Shown here: in pieces, positions 23,166 through 24,000 of the stretch
How the letters are laid out: every line of letters begins with the position of its first letter
How positions within the stretch are numbered: position 1 is the first letter of the stretch
NCBI GenBank assembly: GCA_030694975.1
Contig: JAUYTU010000030.1
Coordinates: forward strand, 1-24,000
Source of the DNA: Erysipelotrichaceae bacterium
GTDB taxonomy: Bacteria > Bacillota_I > Bacilli_A > Erysipelotrichales > Erysipelotrichaceae
DNA length: 24,000 nt
Reading direction: 5' to 3'
Made by a program: the position numbers and the translations under genes
The notes under the pieces: model-generated
Database searches by the model: none
What the model was told of the DNA's origin: nothing
The model's input: the letters and a program-made list of their open reading frames with translations, nothing else

Positions 23166-24000
23166 ATGGTCGTAGGAAATTTTGCGAAAGAATTGGATTT
23201 AGTTGTTATTGGTTCTGGCCCGGGAGGTTATGTTGCCGCCATTCGTGCAGCACAACTGGGCAAAAAAGTAGCCATCATCGAAAGAGATGCCATCGGTGGT
23301 GTTTGTCTAAATGTTGGATGTATTCCATCGAAAGTGTTAATTCATGCAGCTCATCATTTTGTGGATATTAAATCAGAGAAATATGGAGTTGTTGCGAAAG
23401 AGGTTGTTTTTGACTTAGAAAAAACGCAAAAATGGAAAGATGAAGAAGTAATCAGCAAACTGACAAAAGGGGTTGAGTCGCTTTTAAAAAAGAACAAGGT
23501 TGAAATAATTAAAGGTTCAGCATTTTTCAATGATTCACGTCAGCTACGTGTTGTAATCGGTGATGAAGCACAATCGTATCAGTTTAAGGAAGCAATCATT
23601 GCTACCGGCAGTCGACCTTTGGAAATTGACGGTTTCCCGTTTAAAGGTCGTGTCCTTGATTCTACCGGAACTTTAAAACTGAAAATACTACCCAAACATT
23701 TTGTTGTGATTGGCGGAGGTTACATTGGTTGTCAGTTGGCGAGTGTTTTTGCTAACGTAGGATCAAAAGTAACCATTATTGAAGCTGCGGACAATCTCCT
23801 AATGGGATTCGAAGATGATATGGTGGACTTGGTTAAAAAGCAGTTTTCATTGAAAAATGTGGATGTCATAACCAAAGCCAAAGCAAAAGTTGCAGTTGAA
23901 ACTGAGAATAGTGTTCAAATAACGTATATCATCGAAGGCGAGGAAAAATCAATAGAAGCCGACGTTGTAATGGTTAGTGTTGGTCGTGTACCAAACACAG
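23166..24000 (+). CDS. pdhD: Dihydrolipoyl dehydrogenase (PDH E3), 5' partial, continuing beyond the window
   Basis: Not in the ORF track because no stop falls within the window. My own translation from the ATG at 23166 gives MVVGNFAKELDLVVIGSGPGGYVAAIRAAQLGKKVAIIERDAIGGVCLNVGCIPSKVL. This contains the FAD-binding GxGxxG and the redox-active CLNVGC disulfide motif. The frame stays open to 24000. Confidence 0.9.
   Translation, partial: MVVGNFAKELDLVVIGSGPGGYVAAIRAAQLGKKVAIIERDAIGGVCLNVGCIPSKVLIHAAHHFVDIKSEKYGVVAKEVVFDLEKTQKWKDEEVISKLTKGVESLLKKNKVEIIKGSAFFNDSRQLRVVIGDEAQSYQFKEAIIATGSRPLEIDGFPFKGRVLDSTGTLKLKILPKHFVVIGGGYIGCQLASVFANVGSKVTIIEAADNLLMGFEDDMVDLVKKQFSLKNVDVITKAKAKVAVETENSVQITYIIEGEEKSIEADVVMVSVGRVPNT

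Noticed and set aside
1-24000. Mobile elements, CRISPR arrays, tRNA or rRNA genes
   Set aside because: I found no direct-repeat/spacer periodicity, no transposase, integrase or recombinase-like ORF, no terminal inverted repeats flanking a gene block, and no GC-rich cloverleaf-sized intergenic segment on either strand.

Overview
This is an AT-rich chromosomal segment that looks like a low-GC Gram-positive (Bacillota-type) genome. Supporting signs are strong AGGAGG-like ribosome-binding sites (RBS), a sortase sorting signal, a Bacillus-type lplA-pdhABCD cluster, and standard code 11 with TGA used as a stop. I can support about 23 protein genes plus several terminators and promoter candidates. 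I saw no rRNA, tRNA, CRISPR array, transposase, integrase or phage gene.

Gene order, left to right:
- ybaK-type deacylase (-)
- a tightly coupled five-gene operon: EamA transporter, class II aldolase, mtnK, mtnA, GNAT (+)
- a triple-FAS1 sortase-anchored surface protein (+)
- SOUL heme-binding protein (+), converging on a DUF1722 gene (-)
- DbpA/YxiN-like DEAD-box helicase (+)
- patatin and mgsA (-)
- a monocistronic heliorhodopsin (-)
- selO (+)
- rbsK (+)
- small membrane protein and a GT2 glycosyltransferase (+)
- DUF2238 membrane protein and psuG (+)
- an orphan tail-anchored 332-aa protein (+)
- lplA-pdhABCD (+), with pdhD running off the right edge

I do not see a clear-cut new multi-gene system such as a defence island. 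The items most worth follow-up are:
1. The heliorhodopsin gene, which keeps the retinal-binding lysine and the counterion glutamate. This family still has no general agreed function.
2. The aldolase-mtnK-mtnA cluster. It looks like a DHAP-shunt / 5-deoxyribose-disposal module, extended by a transporter and an acetyltransferase, with no S-box leader.
3. The DUF2238-psuG pair, which lacks a pseudouridine kinase.
4. The AT-rich orphan 332-aa gene.

All family assignments rest on motif recognition by eye and on remembered reference sequences, not on database searches.
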